Origin: Mustelus asterias
Lineage: Eukaryota
Length of the DNA: 64,000 nt
NCBI RefSeq assembly: GCF_964213995.1
Contig: NW_027590192.1
Coordinates: 1 to 64,000 of the forward strand
Direction: 5' to 3'
Shown: positions 25,063 to 37,019 of the stretch, in pieces
How the letters are laid out: each line of letters opens with the position of its first letter
Position numbering within the stretch: the stretch's first letter is position 1
The notes under the pieces: model-generated
Databases searched by the model: none
What the model saw: the letters and a program-made list of their open reading frames with translations, nothing else
Told to the model about the DNA's origin: nothing
Made by a program: the position numbers and the translations under genes

Positions 25063-25802
25063 TCACCCACGTTGGCAGCAAGTTCAATATCATCATCAAT
25101 CACAACCCCCCTGTATCTTCACTCACTGAAACAATCCAGTTAAAACATTCTTAGTCGAGAATGTAGCCATATTTCTTTTGGACTGGCAGCCTGCATGGAG
25201 ATTTTCAGCTCTGTGTCCAGGACAGGAAGCAGTGAGCGTGGATCTGTCAATCAGCCTCAATCAGCACCTTCAGGAGAATTGGGAGGGTGAATATTAGATA
25301 CAGCAGAGTGAGAATGGAGGGAGAGTGTGTGGGATGGAGATTTACAGCTTTTGGGGAATGAGAGAGGAAAGAATGTTCCATAGAAACTAGAATTGTCTGT
25401 TCTGAATTTCTATCCTGTACTGACACTGATGAATTTTGTAAATTGTTTTCACAGGATATTAGAGGAATCACACCGATAAATCTTAACGATCACATCTCGA
25501 TCTGACAGAGTCACTCGATTCCTTGGAAACTAAATATCCTTAGCCTCTGAATGGGAAGGAGAAATGTTTGACCGGTCTGTCTACTGCAAGATTTTAAGCA
25601 GCAGTGTGACTGGAAAAACACCGGGACACAAACACACACCCGAGTGAGAGTGTTCCAGTGCACTGACAGTGGAAAGAGCTTTAACCAGTGACACAGCCTG
25701 AAAAAACATCGCTGCATTCACAGTGGGGAGAGACTGTACCCGTGTTCTGTGTGGACAAGGCTTCAAATGATTGACCTCCAATGATACAAGGAGACCGACA
25801 AT

Positions 25803-26705
25803 ATGGAAAAACCGTGGAAATGTGAAGACTGTGGGAAGAGATACAAAGCGCCCTCTCTACTGGAAGTTCATCGGCGCAGCCACACTGGGGAGAGGCCGTT
25901 CGCCTGCTGGGTGTGTGGGAAGGGATTCACTGATTCATCCACTCTGCAGAGACACCAGCAAGTTCACACTGGTGAGAGTGCATTCACCTGCTGTCAGTGT
26001 GGGAAGGGATTTACTCAGATATCAAGCCTGCAGACACACCAGCGAGTTCACACTGGGGAGAGGCCATTCACCTGCTCTCAGTGTGGGAAGGGATTCAGTA
26101 AGTCATCCAACCTACAGAAACACCAGCGTGTTCACACAGGCGAGAGGCCATTCAGCTGCTCTGCATGTGGGAAAAGATTCACTCAGTTATCTCACCTGCA
26201 GACACACCAGCGAGTTCACACTGGGGAGAGACCATTCACTTGCTCTCAGTGTGGGAAGGGATTCACTCAGTTGTACACCCTGCAGACACACCAGCGAGTT
26301 CACACTGGGGAGAGACCGTTCACCTGCTCTCAGTGTGGGAAGGGATTCACTGATTTATCAAACCTGCAGACACACCAGCGAGTTCACACTGGGGAGAGAC
26401 CGTTCACCTGCTCTCAGTGTGGGAAGGGATTCACTGATTTATCAAACCTGCAGACACACCAGCGAGTTCACACCGGGGAGAGGCCATTCACCTGCTCTCA
26501 GTGTGGAAAGGGATTCACTCAGTTATCTAATCTGCGGAGACACCAGCGAGTTCACTCTGGAGAGAGGCCATTCACCTGCGCCGTGTGTGGGAAGGGATTC
26601 ACTCGGTTATCCATCCTGCAATCACACCAGCAAGTTCACACCGGGAGAAACTGTTCATCTGCTCTCAGTGTGGGAAGGGATTCTGTGATTCATCCACCCT
26701 GCTGA
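25803..26705 (+). CDS. C2H2 zinc-finger protein, 10 fingers plus frameshifted 11th
   Basis: 300-aa [13 protein letters not shown]; fingers 7 and 8 identical (DLSNLQT); 1-nt deletion in linker at ~26643; acceptor at ~25454. Confidence 0.85.
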   Translation: MEKPWKCEDCGKRYKAPSLLEVHRRSHTGERPFACWVCGKGFTDSSTLQRHQQVHTGESAFTCCQCGKGFTQISSLQTHQRVHTGERPFTCSQCGKGFSKSSNLQKHQRVHTGERPFSCSACGKRFTQLSHLQTHQRVHTGERPFTCSQCGKGFTQLYTLQTHQRVHTGERPFTCSQCGKGFTDLSNLQTHQRVHTGERPFTCSQCGKGFTDLSNLQTHQRVHTGERPFTCSQCGKGFTQLSNLRRHQRVHSGERPFTCAVCGKGFTRLSILQSHQQVHTGRNCSSALSVGRDSVIHPPC

Positions 26706-27429
26706 CACACCAACAAGTTCACTAGTGAATATGGGGATTAGATTCTGCTGTTATTGTTTCTGCTCTCAATTACACCAGGACTGCATTTTGTTCATTCTCA
26801 CAGTTGGTCAATGGGGAGGGTCGGAGGGTTTCTTTCTGCTGGACTGGCCGGTCTCACGACTTTGCCTCCAGTGGACCGATGCTCTTTCAGTCTTGTTGCA
26901 AATACCTGGTTTTCAATTTCACAAAGATCACAGAGTGACCGGGTGTTAGGAAGTTCAGAGATATTTAGTCAGAATTTCTGTTTGAAACCCCCCAAATGTC
27001 CATCCAATTTCCTTTGTAATTGTTTATTGTCTCCACTTCCTCCACCCTCGTAGGCAGGGAGTTCCAGGTCATTACCATTCGCTGCATCAAAATATTCTTC
27101 ATCACATCTCCACCTGCATCTCTGACCCAAAACCTTCAATCTATGTCCCCCTCATCCTTGTCCCATCAGCTAATGGGAACAGCTTTTCTTTGTCCACTTT
27201 ATCTAAACCTGTCAGAATCTTGTCCACCTCTATCAAATCTCCCCTCAACCTCCTTTGCTCCAGGGGGAACAACCCCAGCCTGACATTGACAATAAAGAAC
27301 AAACTAACAGAATATGTTAATACCTGAAATCAAATGTGCAGGTCGAATTTCTGTTTTGAAAATATTGCAAACATATTGTCCTGGACAATAAAGGAATTGG
27401 AATAACTCACCTTGGGTGTGGGTGAAATG

Positions 27430-28529
27430 TGTTATGATCCAGGTCAGAAATCCAAGGTGTTTTACAAAGTCAGCCGAGCCATAAGATTTGCACTCGAGTG
27501 AGTGTAAGGTGTTTCACTCCAGGTACGATTCAAGTGACCCACTAGGAAGCTTTTATCAAACAAAGTTAATTTAAGAACACAGTTAAAATATAATTAGAAA
27601 AAATAGCATAACTTTTACCAATTGCAATAAAAAGCAACCATGATCTTTCTTATATCAACCAGTGCAGCTTAGTGTTCCAAATCAAATAATCCCTACAAAT
27701 ATACACCCCATTCTAGGTTTTGCACAGAAAGCAGGTTTGCTCACGTGATGCTGGATTTGGCAGCTTTTTAACACCTGCTGTGAATTAGCGCTTAAAATGT
27801 TGAATTCAAACTCTGCCTTCCCTGTCCTGGAACTTCCAAAACCGAGAGAGAGAGAGACTGCTTGCTTCTATGTTCCAGCTGGCAACTCTCAGGCAGCGGA
27901 ATCTTCATTCTCGAGAGAGAGACGACAAACACTGCTTTCAGTTTGCAGTCCAGACAGCTTGTGACAAAATGAAACTAAAACTTTCTCCTGTTAAAAAAAA
28001 AACTGTCCAAAGACAGCACCTGACTTTCAATCAGGCTCCACCCAACAATTCCAAAAGGGTCATAAAACTCCAGGTCACTGTATTCACCCAGGCTGAAAAT
28101 CAACAAGATGCCCATTACATTGCTTCATTATATTCATAGAATAGAATCCCAACAGTACAGAAAGAGGCCATTCAGCCTATCGAGCCTGCACTGACAATAA
28201 TCCCAGCCTTTCTCCGTAACCCCACCTGTTCACCCTGCTAATCCCCCAGAAACTAGGGTCAATTTCGCATGGCCAATCAACCCAACCCGCACATCTTTGG
28301 ACTGTGGGAGGAAACCGGAGCACCTGGAGAAAACTCACGCAGACACAGGGAGAATGTGCAAACTCCACACAGACAGTGACCCAAGCCAGGAATCAAACCT
28401 GGATCCCTGGTGCTGTGAGGCAGCAGTGCTGACCACTGTGCCACCGTACTGCCATGTTGTTCTTTGTATTAGCTGAGTTGTAAATCAGTGAAGGCCAGCA
28501 TAATATTTGGTCTGTGAAACACTCCGACA
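27430..28529. mobile_element. solo-LTR-like insertion (TG...CA) with nested SINE
   Basis: Starts tgttatga, ends gaaacactccgaca; absent at paralogous site ~53550-53660; related to 47238-47832. Confidence 0.6.
28134..28454 (-). mobile_element. HE1-like SINE
   Basis: Same head/core/tail as 21903-22252. Confidence 0.9.
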
Positions 28530-30294
28530 TCCATGAACTTTGTTTTAAAGAAATCCACATTTGAAAGCCTGGTCACTGCATGAAATATCAGCACCATAAC
28601 AGGGGGAGATAAGAAAGACAGACACTCACTTTGATCCTTTCGTCAGCACATCTGAGAGTTAACAATGTGTGACATGATTTTGGGATACCGGAGTGAGTGC
28701 ACAGATGTGATTTGTTACATGTGAAAAATAACAAGCCTAAATTCATGGTGAGATGGAGTGAAGAGCGGGTCCCAAACACACACAGCTACTTGAGACACAG
28801 CAGGAGATGAAATGGTTAATGTGGCCAGGGGATTGAGACAACATTGTGACATCATCAAGGCATTGAAACACACTCCAGAGAAACTGAGTTCAAAACAATC
28901 AGGATCCAATTAAACACACTGCACATGGACACACAGTGAAGAAAGGTAAAATGATAATATTATAGATTAGGACAATTAAGGGCTTGGAAGAAATAATACA
29001 GAGTAAGAACTGTCCACACCTCGGATAGGGGTAAAGAGAGAGCTGGAGAATCTTTTACATCCATGCTTGATCTGTTGCTTGAAGCATCTGTCCTTATGTA
29101 CAAGTAACCTAGAACTCACGGTGCTCCTTCAGAAGCAAAAAAGATCGATCAGATGTTACCCCAGGCGGGGCCAGAACAAAACTGGAAAATAATGGAGTGA
29201 AATTGAGTGAGGGTCAGCGACATAATTTTCCTCCCCTTCAAGGTGTGGACTTTAAGAATCCTGGGAGATCCCCTACTTGGGATTTTCTTGCTAATTAGTG
29301 AATCTATGACTGGCTGTGCATTTATATTGAATTTGATTGTTACACTTCTCCTGTTTTTATTCCTGTTGTGATTACGCTCTGGGTAAGGATGGTTGACAGG
29401 TGACAGGATGGGAAATTGTGGTTTGGGTCATTGACCAAATGTTTTATTGATCTGAAAGGTGTAAAAGGGGCCAAACTTCAGCAGAAATCCAGCAGAGCTG
29501 AAAACAGATGACTTGCTGTGTGGGAACAGGGAGATAAACAATTAAATTCAATATAAATGCAGAGGACAGAGAAAACAAGAGTGCCTTGAATCCTGGATGA
29601 CACCTGGGTGTCAAGGCCACCATGTTTTCACTGTTTGGCATGGGAATGCTGACTCCCTGTACCAGGGACGGAGCGTGGGAAGACAATTGTTTGAGAGTTT
29701 GACGTGGCTTGGGCAGGTACAGATGGTTCAATGACAGGTTTTGTAATTGATCCGTTCAAACGTTGGCTCGGTAATGATTGGGTTAAATCAGTCTCCATAG
29801 ACTTTGTGATGTAAAAAAGTATAAGAAGGGATTCCCCGAGCACAGAGATTTGTCGAGGTTTTACATATTGCATTGACTGGTGCCATGGCATCTGGGGCAG
29901 AGCAGGGAGCATTTCCGTGGAGATGCTGCTTCTACCCAGAGTGTAATGGTAATGCTGCTGCACTTTGATACGACTGCTCAGACATTAGCCTGTGTCAGCT
30001 CTTATTGATACTGAATAAAATCTAACCACTGTCACCAATAAGGGTTATCACTGGCAATCATTTCAGAGTTTGGGAAAAGGGGAGAAAGGGTTAATTGACT
30101 CCCTGAACCCCATTTTCCAACATCGCTGTGTCAAAAATAAAATCCCATCTCCCCCTCTGGCTCCTTTGCCAATTACCTTAGAGGGACTCACTTTCTGTTA
30201 AAGAGCCTGCCAACCCCTCTCACCCACTTTCCCTAAAGTGCATCAATCTCATCATGAAATGCCCAGAACAATCAAATATTTTTACTGATAAAAG

Positions 30295-30964
30295 TTTATT
30301 GATGAAACAGAACATGGTTAAAACAAACAGAAAATGACTTGAGGATCAAAGACAACCAGAGTAAAGGGATGTTCACAATGTTCTGGACACAACTGGATTC
30401 TCTTCAGCTCCTCTGTCCCCTGTTCCTGTGACTCCCCGCTTTGGACACAGGGACACTGAACCCTGGGGGGTCACGTCACCATCAGCCCCGGTCACCTCCT
30501 CCGGTGCCCTGATTGGTTGGAGGCCCATTTCCCAGTCAGTTCTCCAGCAGCTTCCTGTCTCTCTGTTAGTGCGACGCCCAGGGCAGTTTCCCAACTGGGG
30601 CGCAGGCCCCGTTATTTGCAGCTAAATTCAGCCCTCAGCTCCGTTGCCTGGCTATCATTGACACGAGCAATAGAGACAGAAAGGAGCCCCAGGCTCAAAT
30701 GGGAAGTCAAAACTTGTGGGTCTAAATCAACACTTCAACATTTGTCAGTCAAACCCATGTTATTTACACTGGGAGTTTTTATGATGAGATTAATTGAAGT
30801 GTTCGGCTGGTCAGCAAACTCGAGAAGCACTGATTCCAGATTGTTCAATACTTCTGCCTTGAATCACAAAAGCTTCTCACTTTATCCCCTTCCTGAACTG
30901 AATTCCATCATCCTGAGCAGCTGTGGGTGTCACCTCTCTGTGTAAACTCCTGCCCCTTTTTATA
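30295..30964 (-). pseudogene. decayed intronless transcription unit (TATA...AATAAA), identity uncertain
   Basis: Minus-strand TATAAAAA 30957-30964, ATGATGG ~50 nt downstream, stop-interrupted frame, AATAAA 30295-30300; copy at 55410-56091. Confidence 0.35.
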
Positions 30965-31249
30965 AGGCTCTCTCATTCCTTATTGTGGGTCAATTCTTTA
31001 ATGGTTGAAGATCGCTCTGTGATGTAGTGAGTGTTTATCCGGTCAATCAATGTTTCTGATGTCAGTCACAACGTCCATCGTTACTTTTCACCTGTTTCTT
31101 ACTCTGTGTTTTATAAAAATAAAGTTTTCAAACTTTTACAGAATGGTCAGCTTTAAGGTTTCTTTAGTTCATGATGAGGTCATCCAAAGGTCAAAGCCTC
31201 TCTTTTCTCCTTCCTGTTTAACTAAGGGTTTGTGGAATATTCCATTCAG

Positions 31250-31570
31250 GGGGAGGTGGTGGGAATGTCGCTGGCCGAGTAATGCAGAGACCCAGCAAAG
31301 GATCTGGGGACAGGCAGCTGGTGGGATTTGAATTCAGTGAATCAATCTGGAATTATATAAAGTTAGTCTCAGTAACGGTGACCATGAAATTGTCATCAAT
31401 TGTTGTAAAAACCTGTCCAGTTCACCCTATTAATGCTCCCTATTAGGGAAGGAAATCTGCCATCCTTACCCGGTCTGGCCTACATGTGAATCCAGACCCA
31501 CACAGCGATGTGGGTGAATCTTAACTGCCCCTCTGAAATGGCTGAGCAAGTCACTCCATTCAAGGGCAAT
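31250..31570 (+). mobile_element. SacSINE1-like tRNA-derived SINE, 3'-truncated
   Basis: gggaaggaaatctgccatccttacccggtctggcctacatgtga core shared with 40550, 56380, 61845; family name from recall. Confidence 0.7.
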
Positions 31571-31693
31571 CATTCTAGACACCCACCACCCTCTGTGAAA
31601 AAATTGCCCCTAGAACATAGAACATAGAACAGTACAGCACAGAACAGGCCCTTCGGCCCACGATGTTGTGCCGACCTTCATCTGAAACCAAGA

Positions 31694-34600
31694 TCAAGCT
31701 ATCCCACTCCCTACCATCCTGGTGTGCTCCATGTGCCTATCCAATAACCACTTAAATGTTCCTAAAGTGTCTGACTCCACTATCACTGCAGGCAGTCCAT
31801 TCCACACCCCAACCACTCTCTGCGTGAAGAACCTACCTCTGATATCCTTCCTATATCTCCCACCATGAACCCTATAGTTATGCCCCCTTGTAATAGCTCC
31901 ATCCACCCGAGGAAATAGTCTTTGAACGTTCACTCGATCTATCCCCTTCATCATTTTATAAACCTCTATTAAGTCTCCCCTCAATCTCCTCCGCTCCAGA
32001 GAGAACAGCCCCAGCTCCCTCAACCTTTCCTCATAAGACCGACACTCCAAACCAGGCAGCATCCTGGTAAATCTCCTCTGCACTCTTTCCAGCGCTTCCA
32101 CATCCTTCCTATAGTGAGGTGACCAGAACTGCACGCAATATTCCAAATGCGGTCTCACCAAGGTCCTGTACAGTTGCAGCATAACCCCACGGCTCTTAAA
32201 CTCCAACCCCCTGTTAATAAAAGCTAACACACTATATGCCTTCTTCACAGCTCTATCCACTTGAGTGGCAACCTTTGGAGATCTGTGGATATGGACCCCA
32301 AGATCTCTCTGTTCCTCCACAGTCTTCAGAACCCTACCTTTGACCCTGTAATCCACATTTAAATTTGTCCTACCAAAATGAATCACCTCACATTTATCAG
32401 GGTTAAACTCCATTTGCCATTTTTCAGCCCAGCTTTGCATCCTATCTATGTCTCTTTGCAGCCTACAACACCCCTCCACCTCATCCACTACTCCACCAAT
32501 CTTGGTGTCATCAGCAAATTTACTGATCCACCCTTCAGCCCCCTCCTCTAAGTCATTAATAAAAATCACAAAGAGCAGAGGACCAAGCACCGATCCCTGC
32601 GGCACTCCGCTAGCAACCTGCCTCCAGTCCGAAAATTTTCCATCCACCACCACCCTCTGTCTTCGATCAGATAGCCAGTTACCTATCCAATCGGCCAACT
32701 TTCCCTCTATCCCACACCTCCTTACTTTCATCATAAGCCGACCATGGGGGACCTTATCAAACGCCTTACTAAAATCCATGTATATGACATCAACCGCCCT
32801 ACCTTCATCAACACACCTAGTTACCTCCTCAAAAAATTCTATCAAATTTGTGAGGCACGATTTACCCTTCACAAATCCGTGCTGACTATCCCGGATTAAT
32901 CCGCATCTTTCTAAATGGTCGTAAATCCCATCCCTCAGGACCTTTTCCATCAATTTACCAACCACCGAAGTCAGACTAACCGGTCTATAATTACCAGGGT
33001 CATTTCTATTCCCTTTCTTAAACAGAGGAACAACATTTGCCACTCTCCAGTCCTCTGGCACCATCCCCGTGGACAGCGAGGACCCAAAGATCAAAGCCAA
33101 AGGCTCTGCAATCTCATCCCTCGCCTCCCAAAGAATCCTAGGATACATTTCATCAGGCCCAGGGGACTTATCGACCTTCAGTTTATTCAAAACTGCCAAT
33201 ACATCCTCCCTCCGAACATCTATTTCCTCCAGCCTATTAGCCTGTAACACCTTCTCTTCCTGAAAAACATGGCCCCTCTCCTTGGTGAACACTGAAGAAA
33301 AGTATTCATTCATCACCTCGCCTATCTCTACTGATTCCATACACAAGTTCCCACCACTGTCCTTGACCGGCCCTAACCTCACCCTGGTCATTCTTTTATT
33401 CCTCACATAAGAGTAAAAAGCCTTGGGGTTTTCCTTGATCCGACCCGCCAAGGACTTCTCATGTCCCCTCCTAGCTCTCCTCAGCCCCTTTTTCAGCTCA
33501 TTCCTTGCTAACTTGTAACCCTCAATCGAGCCATCTGAACCTTGTTTCCTCATCCCTACATAAGCTTCCCTCTTCCTTTTCACAAGACATTCCACCTCTT
33601 TTGTGAACCACGGTTCCCTCACTCGGCCATTTCCTCCCTGCCTGACAGGGACATACCTATCAAGGACACCCAGTATTTGTTCCTTGAAAAAGTTCCACTT
33701 TTCATCAGTGCCTTTCCCTGACAGTTTCTGTTCCCATCTTATGCCCCCTAATTCTTGCCTAATCGCATCATAATTACCTCTCCCCCAATTGTAAGCCTTG
33801 CCCTGCCATCCGGCCCTATCCCTCTCCATTGCAATAACAAAAGACACCGAATTGTGGTCACTATCTCCAAAGTTCTCTCCCACAACCAAATCTAACACTT
33901 GGCCCGGTTCATTTCCCAGTACCAAATCCAATGTGGCCTCACCCCTTGTCGGCCTATCCACATATTGTGTCAGGAAACCCTCCTGCACACACTGCACAAA
34001 AAGTGCCCCATCCAAACTATTTGACCTACAAAGGTTCCAATCAATATTTGGAAAGTTAAAGTCCCCCATGACAACTACCCTGTGACCCCCACACGTATCC
34101 ATAATCTGCTTAGCAATTTCTTCCTCCACATCTCTATTACTATTTGGGGGCCTATAGTAAACTCCTAGCAGCGTGACCGCTCCTTTCCTGTTTCTAACTG
34201 CAGCCCATATTACCTCTGTGTGCATATCCCCCTCAAAGTGCTTTTCCGCAGCCGTTAAACTATCCTTGATTAACAATGCTACTCCTCCACCTCTTTTACC
34301 AGCTTCCCTACACTTACTGAAACATCTATACCCCGGAACGTCCAACAACCATTCCTGTCCTTGTTCTACCCACGTCTCCGTAATGGCCACAACATCGTAG
34401 TCCCAAGTAGCAATCCACGCCCCAAGTTCATCCACCTTGTTCCGGATGCTCCTTGCATTGAAGTAGACACACTTCAACCCATCTTCCTGTCTACCGGTAC
34501 CCACCCTTGACCTTGATACCTTCCCCAATATCTCACCACCCTCAACACTGACTTCCGGACTACAACTCCTTTTCCCACTCCCCTGACAAATTAGTTTAAA
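31694..34600 (-). CDS. CR1 ORF2p: APE endonuclease + reverse transcriptase (no AUG upstream of the endonuclease domain)
   Basis: NARS, ITETW, GDFN, SDH; [14 protein letters not shown]; stop-free frame 34711-31694; start placed at the putative slippery site. Confidence 0.9.
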   Translation of the reverse strand, partial: FKLICQGSGKRSCSPEVSVEGGEILGKVSRSRVGTGRQEDGLKCVYFNARSIRNKVDELGAWIATWDYDVVAITETWVEQGQEWLLDVPGYRCFSKCREAGKRGGGVALLIKDSLTAAEKHFEGDMHTEVIWAAVRNRKGAVTLLGVYYRPPNSNRDVEEEIAKQIMDTCGGHRVVVMGDFNFPNIDWNLCRSNSLDGALFVQCVQEGFLTQYVDRPTRGEATLDLVLGNEPGQVLDLVVGENFGDSDHNSVSFVIAMERDRAGWQGKAYNWGRGNYDAIRQELGGIRWEQKLSGKGTDEKWNFFKEQILGVLDRYVPVRQGGNGRVREPWFTKEVECLVKRKREAYVGMRKQGSDGSIEGYKLARNELKKGLRRARRGHEKSLAGRIKENPKAFYSYVRNKRMTRVRLGPVKDSGGNLCMESVEIGEVMNEYFSSVFTKERGHVFQEEKVLQANRLEEIDVRREDVLAVLNKLKVDKSPGPDEMYPRILWEARDEIAEPLALIFGSSLSTGMVPEDWRVANVVPLFKKGNRNDPGNYRPVSLTSVVGKLMEKVLRDGIYDHLERCGLIRDSQHGFVKGKSCLTNLIEFFEEVTRCVDEGRAVDVIYMDFSKAFDKVPHGRLMMKVRRCGIEGKLADWIGNWLSDRRQRVVVDGKFSDWRQVASGVPQGSVLGPLLFVIFINDLEEGAEGWISKFADDTKIGGVVDEVEGCCRLQRDIDRMQSWAEKWQMEFNPDKCEVIHFGRTNLNVDYRVKGRVLKTVEEQRDLGVHIHRSPKVATQVDRAVKKAYSVLAFINRGLEFKSRGVMLQLYRTLVRPHLEYCVQFWSPHYRKDVEALERVQRRFTRMLPGLECRSYEERLRELGLFSLERRRLRGDLIEVYKMMKGIDRVNVQRLFPRVDGAITRGHNYRVHGGRYRKDIRGRFFTQRVVGVWNGLPAVIVESDTLGTFKWLLDRHMEHTRMVGSGIA

Positions 34601-35517
34601 TCCCCCTGAAGAGCCGTAGCAAATTTCCCTCCCTGGATATTGGTGCCCCTCTGGTTCAGGTGCACCCCGTCCTGTTTGTAGAGGTCCCACCTTCCCCAGA
34701 ACGTGTTCCAATTATCCACGTATCTGAAACCCTCCCTCCTGCACCATCCCTGCAACCACATGTTTAAGTGCACTCTCTCCCTGTTCCTCAACTCGCTATC
34801 ACGTGGCACCGGTAGCGTACCAGAGATGACCACATGTTTTGTCTTTGCTCTCAGCTTCCAGCCCAGCTCCCGAAATTCCTGTTTTAAATCCCCGTCCCTT
34901 CTCTTACCTATGTCGTTGGTACCAATGTGTACCACGACTTGTGACTGTTTCCCCTCCCCCTTAAGAATCCGGAAAACACGGTCCGAGACGTCACGGACCC
35001 TGGCATCCGGTAGGCAACAAACCATCCACGAGTCTCTTTTGCTGCCACAGAACCTCCTATCTATCCCTCTAACTAACGAGTCCCCAATAACTATTGCCCT
35101 CCCGCTCTCCTCCTTACCCTCCTGAGCCACAGGGACGGACTCAGTGCCGGAGATCCTCTCACTGCGGCTCACCACTGGTATGTCGTCCCCCTCAACCGTA
35201 TCCAAAGCGGAATACTTGTTGCTAAGGGGAACGACCACAGGGGATCCCTGCACCGACTGCTTCTTCCCAGCCCCTCTCACCGTCACCCATCTATTTTCAT
35301 TCCGCGGAGTAACTGTATCCCTGAAGCTTCTGTCTATGGCCATCTCTGCATCCCTAATGATCCTAAGTTCCTCCAACTCCAGCTCCAGTTCCCTTACACG
35401 GTTTTGGAGGAGCAGCAGATGGATGCACTTCTCACAGGTATAATCAGCAGGGACATTGACGTCGTCCCTCACCTCGAACATAGTGCAAGAGGAACATTGC
35501 ACTGCCTTCACGCCCAT
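34591..35517 (-). CDS. CR1 ORF1p: zinc finger/leucine zipper + SGNH esterase domain
   Basis: CSSC...CEKC, LLQNRVRELELELEELR, GDSLVRG, GTND, DGVH. Confidence 0.9.
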   Translation of the reverse strand: MGVKAVQCSSCTMFEVRDDVNVPADYTCEKCIHLLLLQNRVRELELELEELRIIRDAEMAIDRSFRDTVTPRNENRWVTVRGAGKKQSVQGSPVVVPLSNKYSALDTVEGDDIPVVSRSERISGTESVPVAQEGKEESGRAIVIGDSLVRGIDRRFCGSKRDSWMVCCLPDARVRDVSDRVFRILKGEGKQSQVVVHIGTNDIGKRRDGDLKQEFRELGWKLRAKTKHVVISGTLPVPRDSELRNRERVHLNMWLQGWCRREGFRYVDNWNTFWGRWDLYKQDGVHLNQRGTNIQGGKFATALQGDLN

Positions 35518-35861
35518 CCCCTCTAGATACCTTGCCAGTACCAGGTAGAAACAGCAAAAAATGAATTCAACTCACCCCTGCTCGCCCTTTCTGCCTAAGC
35601 CCTGTGAGCCAAAGCCCTACAACTTTCACTCTGCCTCCTGCTCACTCTGCTGCCCGCTAACGACGCTGCCCGCTCAAAAGTGCGGCCTACTTTTAAACCC
35701 TCCAAAAACCTTCCCAGACTCCTGCTGGGCCCACTTCCTGTTTTAAAAGAAAACCTCCGATTTTTTACACAACTTTAACTTAAAATAAATAAATAAATGT
35801 AGTGAACAAACCAACTGCCTTCTCCTCAGCCTGGTCCTGTGGAACAATGAACAATGCCCCT

Positions 35862-36928
35862 CTGGACCCTTTTGTATCTCTCCCCTCTCACTTTAAACCT
35901 ATGCCCTCTGTCTGTGTGGAGTTTGCACATTCTCCCCGTGTCTGCGTGGGTTTCCTCCGGGTTCTCCAGTTTCCTCCCACAATCCAAAGATGTGCAGGTT
36001 TGATGCATTGGTCATGCTAAATTCTCATTCAGTGTACCCAAACAGGTGCCGCGGTGCAGCGATTAGGGGATTTTCACAATAACTTAATTGCAGTGTTAAT
36101 GTAAGCCCACTTGTGACTAATAAATAAACCTTACTTTACTTAGACCTCTATAAGATCACCCCCAAGTCTCTTACGCTCCAGGGAAAAAAGACCCAGTCTA
36201 TCCAGCCTCTCCTTATACCTTAAACCATCAAGGCCTGGTAGCATGCTAGTAAATCTTTTCTGCACTCTTTCTAGTTTAATAATATCCTTTCTATAATCGG
36301 GTGACCAGACTGTATACAGTATTTCAAGTGTGGCCTTACCAATGTCTTGTACAACTTCAACAAGACGTCCCAACTCCTGTATTCAATGTTCTGACCGATG
36401 AAACCAAGCATGCTGAATGCCTTCTTCACCACTCTGTCCACCTGTGACTCCACTTTCAAGGAACTATGAACATGTACCTCTAGATCTCTTTGTTTTATAG
36501 CTCTCTCCAACACCCTGCCATTAACTAAGTAAGTCCTGCCCTGATTCAGTCTACCAAAATGCATCACCTCACATTTATCTAAATTAAACTGCATTTGCCA
36601 TTCATCAGCCCACTAGCCCAATTGATCAAGATCCCGTTGCAATCGGAGATAACCTTCTTCACTGTCCACTGTGCCACCAATCTTGGTGTCATCTGCAAAC
36701 TTACTAACCATGCCTCCTATATTCTCATCCAAATCATTATTATAAATGACTAATAAGAGTAGACTCAGCATTGATCCCTGTGGTGCACCACTGGTCACAG
36801 GCCTCCAGTTTGAAAAACAACCCTCTATAACCACCCCCTGTCTTCTATCATCCAGCCAATTTTGTATCCATTTAGCTACTTCACCCTGGATCCCATGAGA
36901 TTTAACCTTATGCAACACCTCCCTTGCT
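35862..36928 (-). mobile_element. older CR1 fragment (continues at 31571-31611) interrupted by a SINE at ~35908-36140
   Basis: RT motifs FADDTKIGG, LVRPHLKYC; the two flanks of the full-length LINE rejoin into a CR1 3' ORF. Confidence 0.85.
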
Positions 36929-37019
36929 AAAGTCCTCATTAGATATCAATTCTACCTGTTACCTACATTTCACTGAACCAGTCTATATTTTCATCACCAG
37001 ACTACACTGGCAGCAATGT

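Larger units (their letters stand above)
31612..35854 (-). mobile_element. full-length, apparently intact CR1 (HER1-like) LINE, 4243 bp, 7-bp TSD
   Basis: TSD TGCCCCT at 31605-31611 and 35855-35861; (gttctat)n tail; 337-nt 5' UTR; both ORFs open. Confidence 0.95.

Noticed and set aside
28560-30000. ORFs shared between blocks (e.g. MQQHYHY...)
   Set aside because: Non-ATG starts and different truncations; similarity explained by recent duplication
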